This document shows positions 49,731-61,863 of a DNA stretch of 64,000 nucleotides, one piece after another. Every line of letters begins with the position of its first letter. Within the stretch, counting starts at the first letter, position 1. The notes beneath the pieces were generated by a model that saw only the letters and a program-made list of their open reading frames with translations, was not told the DNA's origin and searched no databases. Origin of the DNA: Schmidtea polychroa (taxonomy: Eukaryota); assembly GCA_044892525.1 (NCBI GenBank), contig CM097885.1:16246001-16310000 (forward strand), read 5' to 3'. The translations under genes and the position numbers were made by a program.

Positions 49731-50444
49731 TATATATAAAAATTTTTTTTTCTTTAGTTCTCAATTTCTTTATCTGAACTCTCTAATGTTATGTTTCCAC
49801 CGCATGTCAAACGAGATTTAAGTAAATTGGTGGTACTTGTTCATTATCGGGACCCCCAGTTCATTATTCAAAAATTCGGTGAAAACATTTAATTCAACAA
49901 TTATGTTGGCGTATGTGGGGAGAACGGAAAGGGTTATCATAAGGCATATACTCAGCTTCATTCGGCTCTGGCCCTTCCCCAGCATACCCATAATGACTTT
50001 ACTGATATTCCCTCATGTGAGCTCGTGGAGATCTTACACGTTGGTGATGCTCACATGGGTTGGAGTTGATTAACAGGTGAGCCCCTGCCTTAGGACTACT
50101 GTTAACCCCCTCTCGGTTCCGGTTCCAAGGTGCCATAGAAGGCCTTACCCACACTCTCACACATAACTCGGTCCGACCCTGGTCCAATGGGACGACCTTC
50201 ATCCGATGACTTACATTCGATTTAGCAATCAAGCCATACAATTTGTACAACAATCTCATAAATAACTCATCAAATGCCAAGAAAATTTATATTATTTCCA
50301 CCACACACATGGATTACACCAAAACGTATTACACCGATATCTAATGAACAAAATAAAAGGCATAGATGAATTTGTCAGCAGGCAAGGATCAAAGTTAAGT
50401 CAATTAGGGCGAATTAAACTTGTCGTTGACGTTATGTTGGATCA

Positions 50445-51206
50445 TCAGAAAATTTCTCCTTCGGCTAACATTTCATTGATATCCACGGGCAACCGGCGAT
50501 CTGCAATGAACTTGATACCATCGGCCGGAACTACCCGGAATATTTCTTGGTTTGGAATTGAATGGGAATTGGAGATTTCCTTGATGGTGGATTGGGCCAC
50601 CGATAGCGAAGCCTCTAGCGCGGAAATGGCGTCCCTGCGCTTTTGATTTTTCTCAGCGCGCGTCGGCCGCTTACGTTTCCGATTTGGCGTCTTGGTTTCA
50701 ACTGTTGGTTGCATCTGGTGAGGTTGAAGAATCGGAGCCAAGATGGGGTCCGATGGACCCTTTGTCGCGGGCCTAGAACTGGAGAGAGCTGGAGCGAGGA
50801 TGGGAGACAATTGTGAGCCATGCCCTTTGCAGCGGGTGGTCAGTGGGACCTCGGATGCCTGGTGGTGGATTGGGAACACATTTGTCCCGTCTTGAACTGG
50901 ATATTCTCGGACCCTCTTAGCAATCTCGACGTCCGTATAGATTTTATGCAGGGCCTCTGATTGGGCTTTTATTGTGAGACTCTGGCACCTACTTTCTTCC
51001 AGGAGACTGTCACGACAGTGCTCCAATCTCAAGATTTTCCTACGCTCCTCCTTCATTTGTGGCGGGGAGAACCACGTGCCCTCGTATAGATCAATACGTT
51101 TCTTCAAGACCCCGATATAGATGTGTAGTTTCTTAATATCCTCGTTCTTGTCCGAACAGGAGAAACACGGACGAAGATCTTTTCCGGATTTGATCGGTGT
51201 GGTCAT
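50445..51206 (-). CDS. Unknown 253-aa ORF in a GC-richer island, probably mobile-element derived
   Basis: Open frame with CxxC, coiled coil, Pro-rich linker, basic RKRKR cluster. Confidence 0.5.
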   Translation of the reverse strand: MTTPIKSGKDLRPCFSCSDKNEDIKKLHIYIGVLKKRIDLYEGTWFSPPQMKEERRKILRLEHCRDSLLEESRCQSLTIKAQSEALHKIYTDVEIAKRVREYPVQDGTNVFPIHHQASEVPLTTRCKGHGSQLSPILAPALSSSRPATKGPSDPILAPILQPHQMQPTVETKTPNRKRKRPTRAEKNQKRRDAISALEASLSVAQSTIKEISNSHSIPNQEIFRVVPADGIKFIADRRLPVDINEMLAEGEIF

Positions 51207-53469
51207 CTAAAGTTAAAGAAGTTTGCTATCATGGTTAGAAGTGATCATTGGTGTATCATTTACGAGTTTATCATGTGGTTGATGTAATATCCTCACGCGT
51301 TTCACTCGGTGATCCTCAGCGGATCTCTGACCACTCGCGAACATTTGAAACCATTATTCACCCCCAAACACTCATGTTCGATCGACTCAGTTCATGCAAA
51401 TTAAGAGAAAACGGGGAATGTCAAAAATCCATTTACTATATTACCAATGTCCTACAAGTTTTAGGGTTGACAATTTTTATTTAATTTATTACCCACTTCG
51501 GGAAGTGTAGGTTTTTTACTTTTATAAATTTTTTATTACTGATAATCATTAGCTGCATTAGGTTCATTTGATGTTATGACCTATTGAGAGTTGTTCATTT
51601 TGTATGCCACAGGAAATGAATGAAATTCTTTTGATGTTCTCAACCTTATAGTGCAAAGAAATAGATATATTAGAAAAGTTATAAATTTTAATTATTGTTA
51701 TCAGAATTTTGTAGAGTTATTTGAATTTGCGACGTAGGTGTCGTCATGGAGAACCTCACTGTTCTGTTATGTCATAGCTTCATTTCCTATCCTGTGCATG
51801 CAAGTAGTGATTTATGAGATTTCATTTGAGATGCGATTGTTGCCGGCATTTATCATTGGGAGTCATTCGTTACCGCTACTCAATGTTAAACAACGAAGAG
51901 AATTTTTATCGTCTGAATTGTCGCAACGTCGTTATCTAATTTATGCACACAATCTAGAACTATTATACTACACCTAACCGCGAAATATAACATTATCTAT
52001 AATCTTAAAAAAATTCAATAAATTTATATTATAGGAACACACAAACTTACCTGTGTGTAGAAATTTAATGCCGCGAAATTTAACATATTTATTATAGGAA
52101 TCTAAAAAGTGAGAGAAAATAATTAAGCATACAAGCACAGCACACATAATGAAAAATACATACAAAATTAAGTAAAGTGTTTTTCATGCGAAATTCAGAT
52201 TGATTAACATATAATTAACATATCAATATTTTTAAATTATTTAAAAAATTATGTACAAAAAACTTTTGAATCAGATTCCGACTGCTCTACGTTGAGCTTT
52301 AGGGAAAAAGAAGTAAATACATCATAAGATTTAATTATAAAATAATTTAGAATATAAAATTTCTTTAGATTTACAGATATTGAAGAAGATCCTTCGACAT
52401 CTTTGAATTTGCAGGAAAAAAATCGCAAATCGTAGATTTTAATAAATTATTTTAACAAAATAATATTTTCATAGAATTACAGAAATAGACAAAATTCGAA
52501 AGAAGATTACAAAAACTTAAAAATTATTTTATCCATTCTTTACTAAATGTCTTTAAAAAATAAATGTTTAGTGATTACTTTACTTATTTATAATTATAAA
52601 AATATCTAACTTACATTTTTACGAAATAAATCCAAATAAATCCAAATAAAATACCATAAAATTCCTACAAAAAACACCTGAAATTTAATTATCAATGTTA
52701 TATATTATCAATATTATAAATGCTGACTAACAGTAATATTTAAGAACTTGAATAATGATCTCATAATTATATAAAATCAAAATTCAAGTCCTAAAAATTA
52801 CTTCAATGCAAAAACTTACCTTTAAACGATTTTTGGAAAATTGAATAAATGAAATTAAGTTAACATTGTCATATAATTGGTGACTCACCTCAGGTGGTGT
52901 GCACACCAACGTATATTATACACCAACCGGCATTTGATTATCATCAAATGGCCATTGATTTGCATATTTAATAATATAAATATTAACTTACCTATAATAA
53001 ATGTGTGTGTGTCATAGCCAGAAGGGCCATTGAATTAGCTAGGTGACATTCAATTAGCTCTTACACTATAGAAAGATAGGAAAAATCGCTGTTGGAAGAA
53101 AAATAAATAAATACATACAAACACGGTTCTATAATAAAAAATACACACTATAGGACATTGATTTATCATGCGGACATTCAATTAGCGAAAAATTCTCCAT
53201 TTAAAATTAATTAATTATAAAAAACTTCATGAACTTAGATGTGATCTCCAGTCATCACTTACCTCCAACCAGTGGTGTAGTAGAACCTGTTTAAACAACT
53301 CAAGTTCCCCCTAAAGAGCCACCACTACTAATCTCATCCTAAATTTATTAATGTAAATTGTTTACTTATAAATGTCTAACTACAAGGGTTCCTACATTAA
53401 CCCATTCGGTGATTGACAGGTAGTACCGTAATTATAAATGATGATATGTATAATAATAATAGTAGTAAT

Positions 53470-53533
<64 letters not shown>

Positions 53534-53569
53534 GTAATAATAATAATATTAATAATAATAATAATAATA

Positions 53570-53629
<60 letters not shown>

Positions 53630-53699
53630 GCAACAGTAACAAATAGTAATATTAAGAGTAATAATAATAATGATAATAGTAGTAATAATAATAAAAATA

Positions 53700-53777
<78 letters not shown>

Positions 53778-53810
53778 TTAATAATAATTAAGAGTAATAA
53801 TAATAATAAT

Positions 53811-53886
<76 letters not shown>

Positions 53887-53954
53887 GTAATATTAACAAT
53901 AATAATAATAATAATAATGATAACAATAATATAGATAATAATAACATAGAATAA

Positions 53955-56900
53955 TGTTTATACTAGCATATTAATATAGTAGTGGAGTTTTGTGTTTTAT
54001 GATGATTTTAAGATAGGAAAGTCACAAGTTGAGATGAGAATTAAGTTAGAGGTTCAACAATGCTATTGTAATTTTATTTTATAAGTATATATTAATTTAT
54101 CATTGGTTTATTTATTTAATAATATAATAGAGCCATAATGTACAATATTGTTACCATATAAGTACTTTTAATAATAAGTTTATAATAGTATATAATAAAG
54201 GATGTGTCGACGCCCAAGGAGGATTTTCTATGATAGATATTAATTAATTATTGAGTGTAATACTTAGGAAGATAGTTTAATATGAATATAATATAGCCAT
54301 AATGTACAATATAGATAGTAATCAATGCGTTGAGTACAAATATGTATAAATAAAAATATTAGTCTTTGAGGGTGTGTTCTCTTAAGATATGGTAGCTACT
54401 TATGACGGCAGCCGTGCAGGCTTTCCGAGCTAGACCTATAATTTCTTGTTTCGTGAGGCCTATTTTTTTAAGTACCTGGTTATTGTTACTATCCCAGGAT
54501 CCCAGAGTACCGATTACCAAGGCTGAGATAGTAGTTTTGGTTTTGTATGATTTCTCAATATCTATGGCCAGGTTAGCGTATTTAATATAGTTATTTTTAA
54601 CTGCAGTTTTAAAGTTTTCTTTTTGTTCGTAGGGGACTTTTATGTCGAGTAGATGAATGTTTTTATTTCTAGAGGATTTTATGAGAATGTCAGGTTTAAG
54701 AGTTGTATTTACACCCTGAGGTGAAATTTCAATGTCTAAGTGAAAGTTATAATTAGAGAGACATTCACATACCGCTTCAAGGACACGGGAGTGCTTATTT
54801 CTGCGCGCATTAATTTTCGCAGGGCAATGGTTGAATATGTGGGCCTGTGTTTCGGGGTGTGAGTTGCATTGCCTACAGAGGATAGATTTTTTACTTTACA
54901 GTCGATGAGGTGTGAAATTTAACTTCAGCAGGTTGTTGCGAGCCCTAACAAGGAAGAAGTATTGGGCGTCACTAAGTGTATCAGATTTGAGGAGGAAGTC
55001 AGCAGTGCTGCTATCAGTGATGGATTTGGCAATATGACCCTGACATGTTAAGATCGTCCATTTTTCTGCATGTATAAAACCGATGATGCAATGTAGTTCA
55101 GAGGAGATGTCCTTCATGTTATGTTCATTAAAGTAATTAATTCTCTCTTTATATTTGATTTCAAGTTGGTATAGGTCTTCCATAAGTACGATTTTTGCAT
55201 GTATCCCATATTTCCTACGAAGCAGATCGACAGATTTCCTGAATTCCGAGAAGATGGAATGAGTTGGAAAGGATTTAGAGATGTTACCATTAATCCACTA
55301 TATTGCAGCTTCGAGGTTGCCTTGGCCACGTGCTAACGCAAGTTCTGAGAGGACAAGATTACGAAAGGTGAGATCTGATGAGTTTAGAGCACGTGAGAGG
55401 TGTACTATGCTTTGTATGATATATTCGTCAATTGCAGCGGTAAGACCAATTCCGCCCATTTTTATAGAGGCGTATAGGAAGTTGTTGTTAAATTGCAAGA
55501 GTTTATCCCCCAGAGAGGTTTTTATCATTTTTCTTATCTTATTGTCAAAACCTTTTTGGGGGACACGATCTTTTATGATGGTATCCTTATGAGAGTCTAG
55601 TATTTTATGGAGAATTTCACAATTACGGAAAGGAAAGATCAATCGAGAGTGTATGAATATCTTGAAGGCATTAATCTTCTGAGATGGGTGAAGATGTGAG
55701 TTTAGGATTTTTTCGGTATCATTAATAGCGAGTTCAAGTCTTTCATCAATGTTGTGTCTTTTCTTATAGGCAAAGTCTACTCCTAGGTATCTGTAGAAGT
55801 TTGAGTCATCTACTTTTGGAATAATCTCATTATATAGTTTAATTGGTTGGTGGTCATTTAGGTGGAAGTAACCAGATTTCGAAGGTTTAAATTTTAGATT
55901 GGCTAGTGAGGCGAGACGAATAGTTTCAAGGAGAGCAGAGGTGATTGATGGGTAAGAGTCTGAGATCAGTACGATGTCATCCGCGTATGCTAAAATACCA
56001 ATATTCATATCACCAAACATGAAGGGGTGAGAGAGAAGGATATTTTTAATAATATAGTCGATAGAGAGGCAGAAAAGAGTCATGGAGAGTGGGCATCCTT
56101 GTTTCACTCCTTTCAGGATGGGGACTGAGGGCGATTTTTCACCTTCGCAGTCAAAGATGGTCTTAACATTGTCGTACATATTGTTTATCAGCCTAATGGT
56201 GTTAGGGTGTAAACCTATTGTAGAGAGAGTATGCCAGATGAGGTCATGTGGTAAAGAGCCAAAGGCATCAGTGATATCCAGCCAGACAATATGAAGGTCT
56301 GATTTGTTTCGTATGGAGGCATCCTTAATGAGTTGAAGGATAAGATTGTGTTCAGCGCATCCATCGGGAGTGCCGATTGCTTTCTGATTTTTTGAGATAA
56401 GATTACCCTCTTTGATCCATCCAAGGAGTCTGTTATTAAGAAGTGAGGAGAAAACGCGGTATGCTGTATTCATGATGGAGATCGGTCTCCATGAGCTGGC
56501 CTCGTGGCTTATCTCATTCTTACCGGCTTTGAGGATGAGTTTTGTTCGGAAGGTTTTCCATGTAGATGGACAGAGGGAACTCCTTTGGATGTTATTACAT
56601 ATAGAGAGAAGAAGTTCGAAGTCTGGTGATATTTTTTTCCAATTGGCAAGTGTGATAAGATCTAAGCCTGGAGCGGTATTGTCAAGATTGGAGAAGATGT
56701 ATTTGATCTCATCAGTATCAAAGGGAGTAGAGGAGTGATTTTCTGGGAAGGAGCAAAGGAGGTTAATAGAGAGCGGATTTGAGGTGACTAATTTCCCTGC
56801 AAACAGTTTGAGAATATTGGTCATAGTAGGTTTTTGAAAGTTACATTCATTATTTAGGATCTTAGAGATCTCCTCCTTGGGGTCAAATTTGTATCTGTTC

Positions 56901-58785
56901 CTTTTAATAACTAATAGTTCGTTGTCAAGTTTTTTCCTCTTATGAATGATGTCAGCCGGTTTTTTATTATTGTATTTTAAGGCATTAATATTTTCATTTA
57001 TCTTTTCTATTTCACAGAGGACTGTATCGCAGTCGGTCGCATCTGTATTTAAATTAATTATGAGGCTATTGATGAATGGTCGATATTTTCGAACATCATC
57101 ACTAGCAATTCTATTATTTAAAATTTTATTGATGATAATTTTGATTCTATTAATCATATTCTGGATACTAGGCGAGGTAATCCTATCATTTTTCATCAGG
57201 CATTCTATCATTTGACATACAAAAAAGGCTGATTCATTAGGAGTGCTGCATCTAGGGTATTCAAGGTATTGGAGTTGTATGTCGATAGGAGAAACAATTT
57301 TTTGTAAGTCCAAGATGGTTTCAAGAATGCTATTGGCAAGGGAATGATGAGTAGAGAGGCTTTCATCGGTTAAAGGGTCAATAAGAACTGCGAGTTGTCG
57401 ATGCTTATCTAGAAAGAAGAAAAACCAGTTGTCTTTAGCATGACACATTGGCATTATGATCTCGTTCCAATCGGAGAAATCTTTGAAAGGAAAGGTTTCG
57501 AAGAAGGTTTTGAAGTTATGTTGTATTAGGGCATTACCTATATAAGGGTCTACAAAGATAGTAGTTGGTCTGATGGCAAAAGAAAAGATGAAAGCCTTAA
57601 TAGTATGTTGTGACCATCATGTGGTCTCTTTATCAATGTTATTGGAGAATAGAATATTGTCAGGTATGTCTCTCGAGACGATTTCATTATTTGGGGTTAT
57701 TTTGGGGTTTTGGGTATCCAGAATATCAATAAAGAGATTATTTTTATTAGTATTATTTAATTCATTTGTATTGGTATATTGATCAATATTGTTTGGGCTG
57801 TTGGGGTGATTACCCTCGATATGGTTTTTGGAGTCTTGATATTTTATCCACTCTCCACAAAAGCAATAGATTTTTAAGTTAATGTCGAATTTTAAATTTT
57901 TATGGTGTTTTGACTTATGTGTGCTTATTGTATCTAAGGGGGTGTCAATGTCGAATGTTTGGAAGCACTTGTTGCAGTTTTTGTTTAGATTGTGGCATAA
58001 AAAACGGTTTGTGGAAGCAATTTTCAGGGTAATAATCTTAAGGAAGTCCTTGCTGACGCTACAGTGGTGTTCAAATTGATCAATGTGATTATATAGGTTT
58101 CTAAGGGTGATGGTGTTCAGGATAGATCTGCTTCCTTCCCCTTTGGGTCTACATTGGAGGCAGTCAATCAAAGAGTCGTAGGTTATAGCGATGTTGTGAA
58201 TTTCTTGGGCGTGTGACCTAATCCTATCAATATCAGTGGCAGAAATTTGTCCACAAAAAGAAGTATGGTGGCATCCACGACACTGTACTTTGCCCCGTAG
58301 ATCAAAGTAGTATAATATTTCATTATTTATGTCTTTGGACATTGTATCTTTATTTATTATAGTTTTTCTCGTCTTTATGAGATCTAAGGTGGGGGGGTTT
58401 AAGAGTGTACGTTTTACCTCTAACCTCTAGGCTTTTTTGGAATTTTATGTCGTTTCTGTGGTGGATGGGAGTGGATGTGGTTGCGTACTTTGGTGTCTCT
58501 TTATCAGAGGGTATAGTGTCTTTCAGGTTTATAAGGTTTGGTGATTTACGTTCAGTGTTTTCGACAGGGATAAGCCTTTTAGGAATAGGGGACGATCTAT
58601 CAAGGTCAATGTTTTCGGAGGAATAAAAGTTGTAGGTTTTCTTTTCTTACCTAACAGGGGTTATGGTTGCAGAGTCATCTAGCGGTGATGGTCTAACTGA
58701 GGGATATATTTTGGGTTCCTCAATTGAGTCGGTAAGTAGGGTAAGGTTATAAGAGTTGGATTTCTCAGGCAGAGGAGGTGAGGGG
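53955..58785 (-). mobile_element. NeSL-like non-LTR retrotransposon, copy 2
   Basis: Same ORFs and same three stops as copy 1. Confidence 0.9.
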
Positions 58786-59031
58786 AGTAGTGAGGAATCT
58801 ATGCACCCCAGCACCCCCACCCTAAAAAAAAACAGCGCTATTGACCCATATTTTCCACATTTATATGCTTTTTTACCCCATATTCTCCACTTTTTTTAAC
58901 TTTTAAACTTTGTCCCCTATTGCCATTAACCCTTAATTTCTTCCCTTAAAAGTAAAAAAGTTCGGAATAGATGTATTTATAGATTAGTAATTCCGAGAAA
59001 AGGTAACGGGGTGCATAGATTCCTCACTACT
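58786..59031 (+). repeat. 246-bp terminal module of B with perfect 24-bp inverted repeats
   Basis: AGTAGTGAGGAATCTATGCACCCC .. GGGGTGCATAGATTCCTCACTACT. Confidence 0.93.
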
Positions 59032-59701
59032 TGGTCTTAAGGATTTAATGTTATAAGAATATCAGATTACCTAATTCATAATGATCTAGGTCGCCTGATC
59101 ACCTTAAGGTTTTGTAAGTTTTAAAAATAAAAAATTTTATGAAAATAGTAAAACTGCTCTGAGGGGACAGTGGTATTTTTTTTTTTTTTTTTCACTGTCC
59201 CCTCAACAGTTTTTTTTTGATCCGGATAATTTTTTTTTTTATTTATCAACCTCTTTCGTTTATCAAATCTCTTCCAATATACAAGCTGGCCAGACTCATA
59301 CATCAGAATCAATCCGATAATAGCAGCACGCCTTATTATTCGCTTCTCGCTCACGAAGTCGATTTCAACGGCGTTTTAAGTGTGCTGCTCGAAAGTACAA
59401 ATGAATTCGAAAGCGAATCCGAAAGAGGTCCGAAAACAACTGAGAAATAAATGTGCACATTACCGGGATCGATCCGGGGGTGTTCGAAAGACAGGTGGCG
59501 ATAATTACCGGTTCGCCACCATCACCCGTTTCAATATTTTTTTTTTCATATTTATGTTTAAAAAATAATTAATTAATAAAAAAATAAAATAAAATAAAAT
59601 AAATAAAATAAAATATACAAGTACTTTATAAATATAAGATACCCACACTATTTTCAATATTATTTTCAAATTTTTAATATTATTTTATGTTGAAAAAAAA
59701 A

Positions 59702-59777
59702 CTAACCTCAGATGTGATTTGAACCACTATCCATTTGAACCACTGTGCCAGTCTATTCCCACTGCGCCATCAAGGTT
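59702..59777 (-). ncRNA. tRNA-like Pol III unit B1 (homologue of A1/A2)
   Basis: A-box TGGCGCAGTGG, B-box GGTTCAAATC, T9. Confidence 0.65.
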
Positions 59778-60023
59778 TGAATTTTTGTCATTTTTTAGAC
59801 TATAAATAATCGATTCAAGTTCTTTAACTCTTTCCTGTAATTGTTTCATTTTCTTCAATCTTATATCAGCAACATCTACAGCCTTCATATAAAAATGTCG
59901 ATACTTTTCATTATCTACCATCAACTCTTTGATGTATTCTAATGGTTCTTCTTCTCTTCTTTTCATTCTCTTATGTTTAACTTCATTCAATTCATTTCTC
60001 ATTCTTTCTTTTAACTCATCCAT
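59727..60023 (-). CDS. B-specific small coiled-coil protein
   Basis: 98 aa, AAAAATG start context like the other Polinton genes; absent from A. Confidence 0.6.
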   Translation of the reverse strand: MDELKERMRNELNEVKHKRMKRREEEPLEYIKELMVDNEKYRHFYMKAVDVADIRLKKMKQLQERVKELESIIYSLKNDKNSNLDGAVGIDWHSGSNG

Positions 60024-60188
60024 TTTTATAAATATTTTTTTATTGGATATATTAATTTTTGGTAGTTAAAACGTTTTTGATCTTAAATTTCCAAGAGTTG
60101 CCGTTGACCAATCACCTTAAAAATTTGTAAAAGTACTAAATCGAGTATGCTGATCAATATTTTGTTTAAAAAAAAATTTGAAAAAAAA

Positions 60189-60262
60189 TTGACCGAAATG
60201 GGATTTGAACCCATTGGTATTGGCAATGCAGTCGAGTGCTATTACCACTAAGCTAAACTCAA
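60189..60262 (-). ncRNA. tRNA-derived Pol III unit B2 (tRNA-Cys-like)
   Basis: TAGCTTAGTGGTAATAGCACTCGACTGCA..ATGGGTTCAAATCCCAT..T8; perfect T-arm, broken anticodon stem. Confidence 0.7.
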
Positions 60263-60422
60263 TATAAAATAAGTTGTTAATGTGTGACTATTTATTGATG
60301 AAATTAATAATTAATTATTCATTTTCTCGACAACTACCACTCAGATCGATCTGAAAATTTAAATATATACTAAAATCAGTACGCTGAATCAGATTCCGTT
60401 GAAAAAAAAATATCGAAAAAAA

Positions 60423-60498
60423 TTGACCAAAATTGAAAATTGAACCCGGTACTCCCGGTGATAAAATTGAAGCCTATTCCCACTCCGCTATAATGGCT
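60423..60498 (-). ncRNA. tRNA-like Pol III unit B3
   Basis: A-box TAGCGGAGTGG, weak B-box GGTTCAATTT, T-run. Confidence 0.5.
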
Positions 60499-60553
60499 TA
60501 CATAATATATTTAATTAATCCTATTGTGTGTGTGTAAATTTTAATATATAAAA

Positions 60554-61846
60554 ATGAATAACATAAATCTTAAAATTCAAGAAAAAAATAAATTAAATCT
60601 TGATTATAATAAAGAATTTACTCATGAAATTAAAAAAAATGATATTTTAAAAATCTCCCCAACTTCAGGATCTATTGCAAACTTAAATCGTAGGGGTGAT
60701 ATAGTTTTTCAATCTCTTCAAACATCAAACCCTATAGATATTTGTAATGCCAAATTATATTATAAAATCGAATTAGAAATTGAAGCAAACAAAGATATAA
60801 CCCTAGAAAATAATTTCTTTCCAAATTTATTCTCCAACATGAGATTAAAACTAGGATCATCAGAAATTGAAACTGTTTTGCATCCGGGAGTATATTCTAC
60901 AATGTTAAATTTTATTTTGACTGGTTGTGATTATAAAAACGAATATGGTGAATTAACAGGTTGGATTCCTGATGTTAATAAAGGAGATTTAGATAAAGAT
61001 GGTTTAGATGTAAACCATGGTTACCATAAAAGAGCTGAACTTTATAAATCTAAAAAATTTGAAGGTTATTTTGAATTAAAACACTTGTTTGGATTCCTTC
61101 AAAACTATAATCGTATACTTCATAATGTTTTTATAGAATTCATCTGTAATAGAGTAGAAGGTGATAAAAGATTGTTCTATGGAGCTGTAGATACAAAAGC
61201 TAAATTAAAATTATCAACACTTGAATTACATATACCTGAATGGACATTAAACCCACATTCTGAGATTAAACTCCTTGAAAGATTAAATTCCAACAAGTCT
61301 ATAAATGTAAATTATTTAAATAGAATCTGTAGTGAATTTAGTATGACAGAGGGTTCAACATATTCTATAAAGGTAGCAAATTTAGCATACCGACCAAGAT
61401 ATATCTTGATTGGATTCAAAGAAACAGATTCATCTTTCCAAAAAAATAACAATCTATTTATTCAAAAGATTGGAGATGATAATTTAAAAACAATACAAAT
61501 TCAATTAAATAGTTCTTATTATCCAATAAATAGAATGGAATTTAATATTGAAAATAATGAAAACATATTCCCATATCTAAATTATATTGAAACATGTTAT
61601 GATTTCAAAGTTGAACCGCAATTAAGTTTAGAAGATTTCAAAAATTTATATTCTATATTTTGTATAAATGTTTCAGACCAAGATGATCGCCTAGCCATAA
61701 ATAATGTTGATGTTACACTTCATGTAACAAAGGATTCTAATTTTAAAGCTAAAGTATATACATTAATATTAGAAGAAAAGAAAATAGAAATGAAATTATA
61801 TGGTGGAAAGATTTCAATAATCGAAAATGTTAGGGGAGATTCTTAA
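60554..61846 (+). CDS. Major capsid protein of Polinton B
   Basis: Near-identical to 29526-30821. Confidence 0.88.
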   Translation: MNNINLKIQEKNKLNLDYNKEFTHEIKKNDILKISPTSGSIANLNRRGDIVFQSLQTSNPIDICNAKLYYKIELEIEANKDITLENNFFPNLFSNMRLKLGSSEIETVLHPGVYSTMLNFILTGCDYKNEYGELTGWIPDVNKGDLDKDGLDVNHGYHKRAELYKSKKFEGYFELKHLFGFLQNYNRILHNVFIEFICNRVEGDKRLFYGAVDTKAKLKLSTLELHIPEWTLNPHSEIKLLERLNSNKSINVNYLNRICSEFSMTEGSTYSIKVANLAYRPRYILIGFKETDSSFQKNNNLFIQKIGDDNLKTIQIQLNSSYYPINRMEFNIENNENIFPYLNYIETCYDFKVEPQLSLEDFKNLYSIFCINVSDQDDRLAINNVDVTLHVTKDSNFKAKVYTLILEEKKIEMKLYGGKISIIENVRGDS

Positions 61847-61863
61847 TATTTTAACATTTTAAA

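Larger units (their letters stand above)
53380..59718 (-). repeat. ~6.3-kb near-identical inverted duplication of 21663-28017
   Basis: ORF sets identical apart from a few substitutions and repeat-length changes. Confidence 0.97.
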
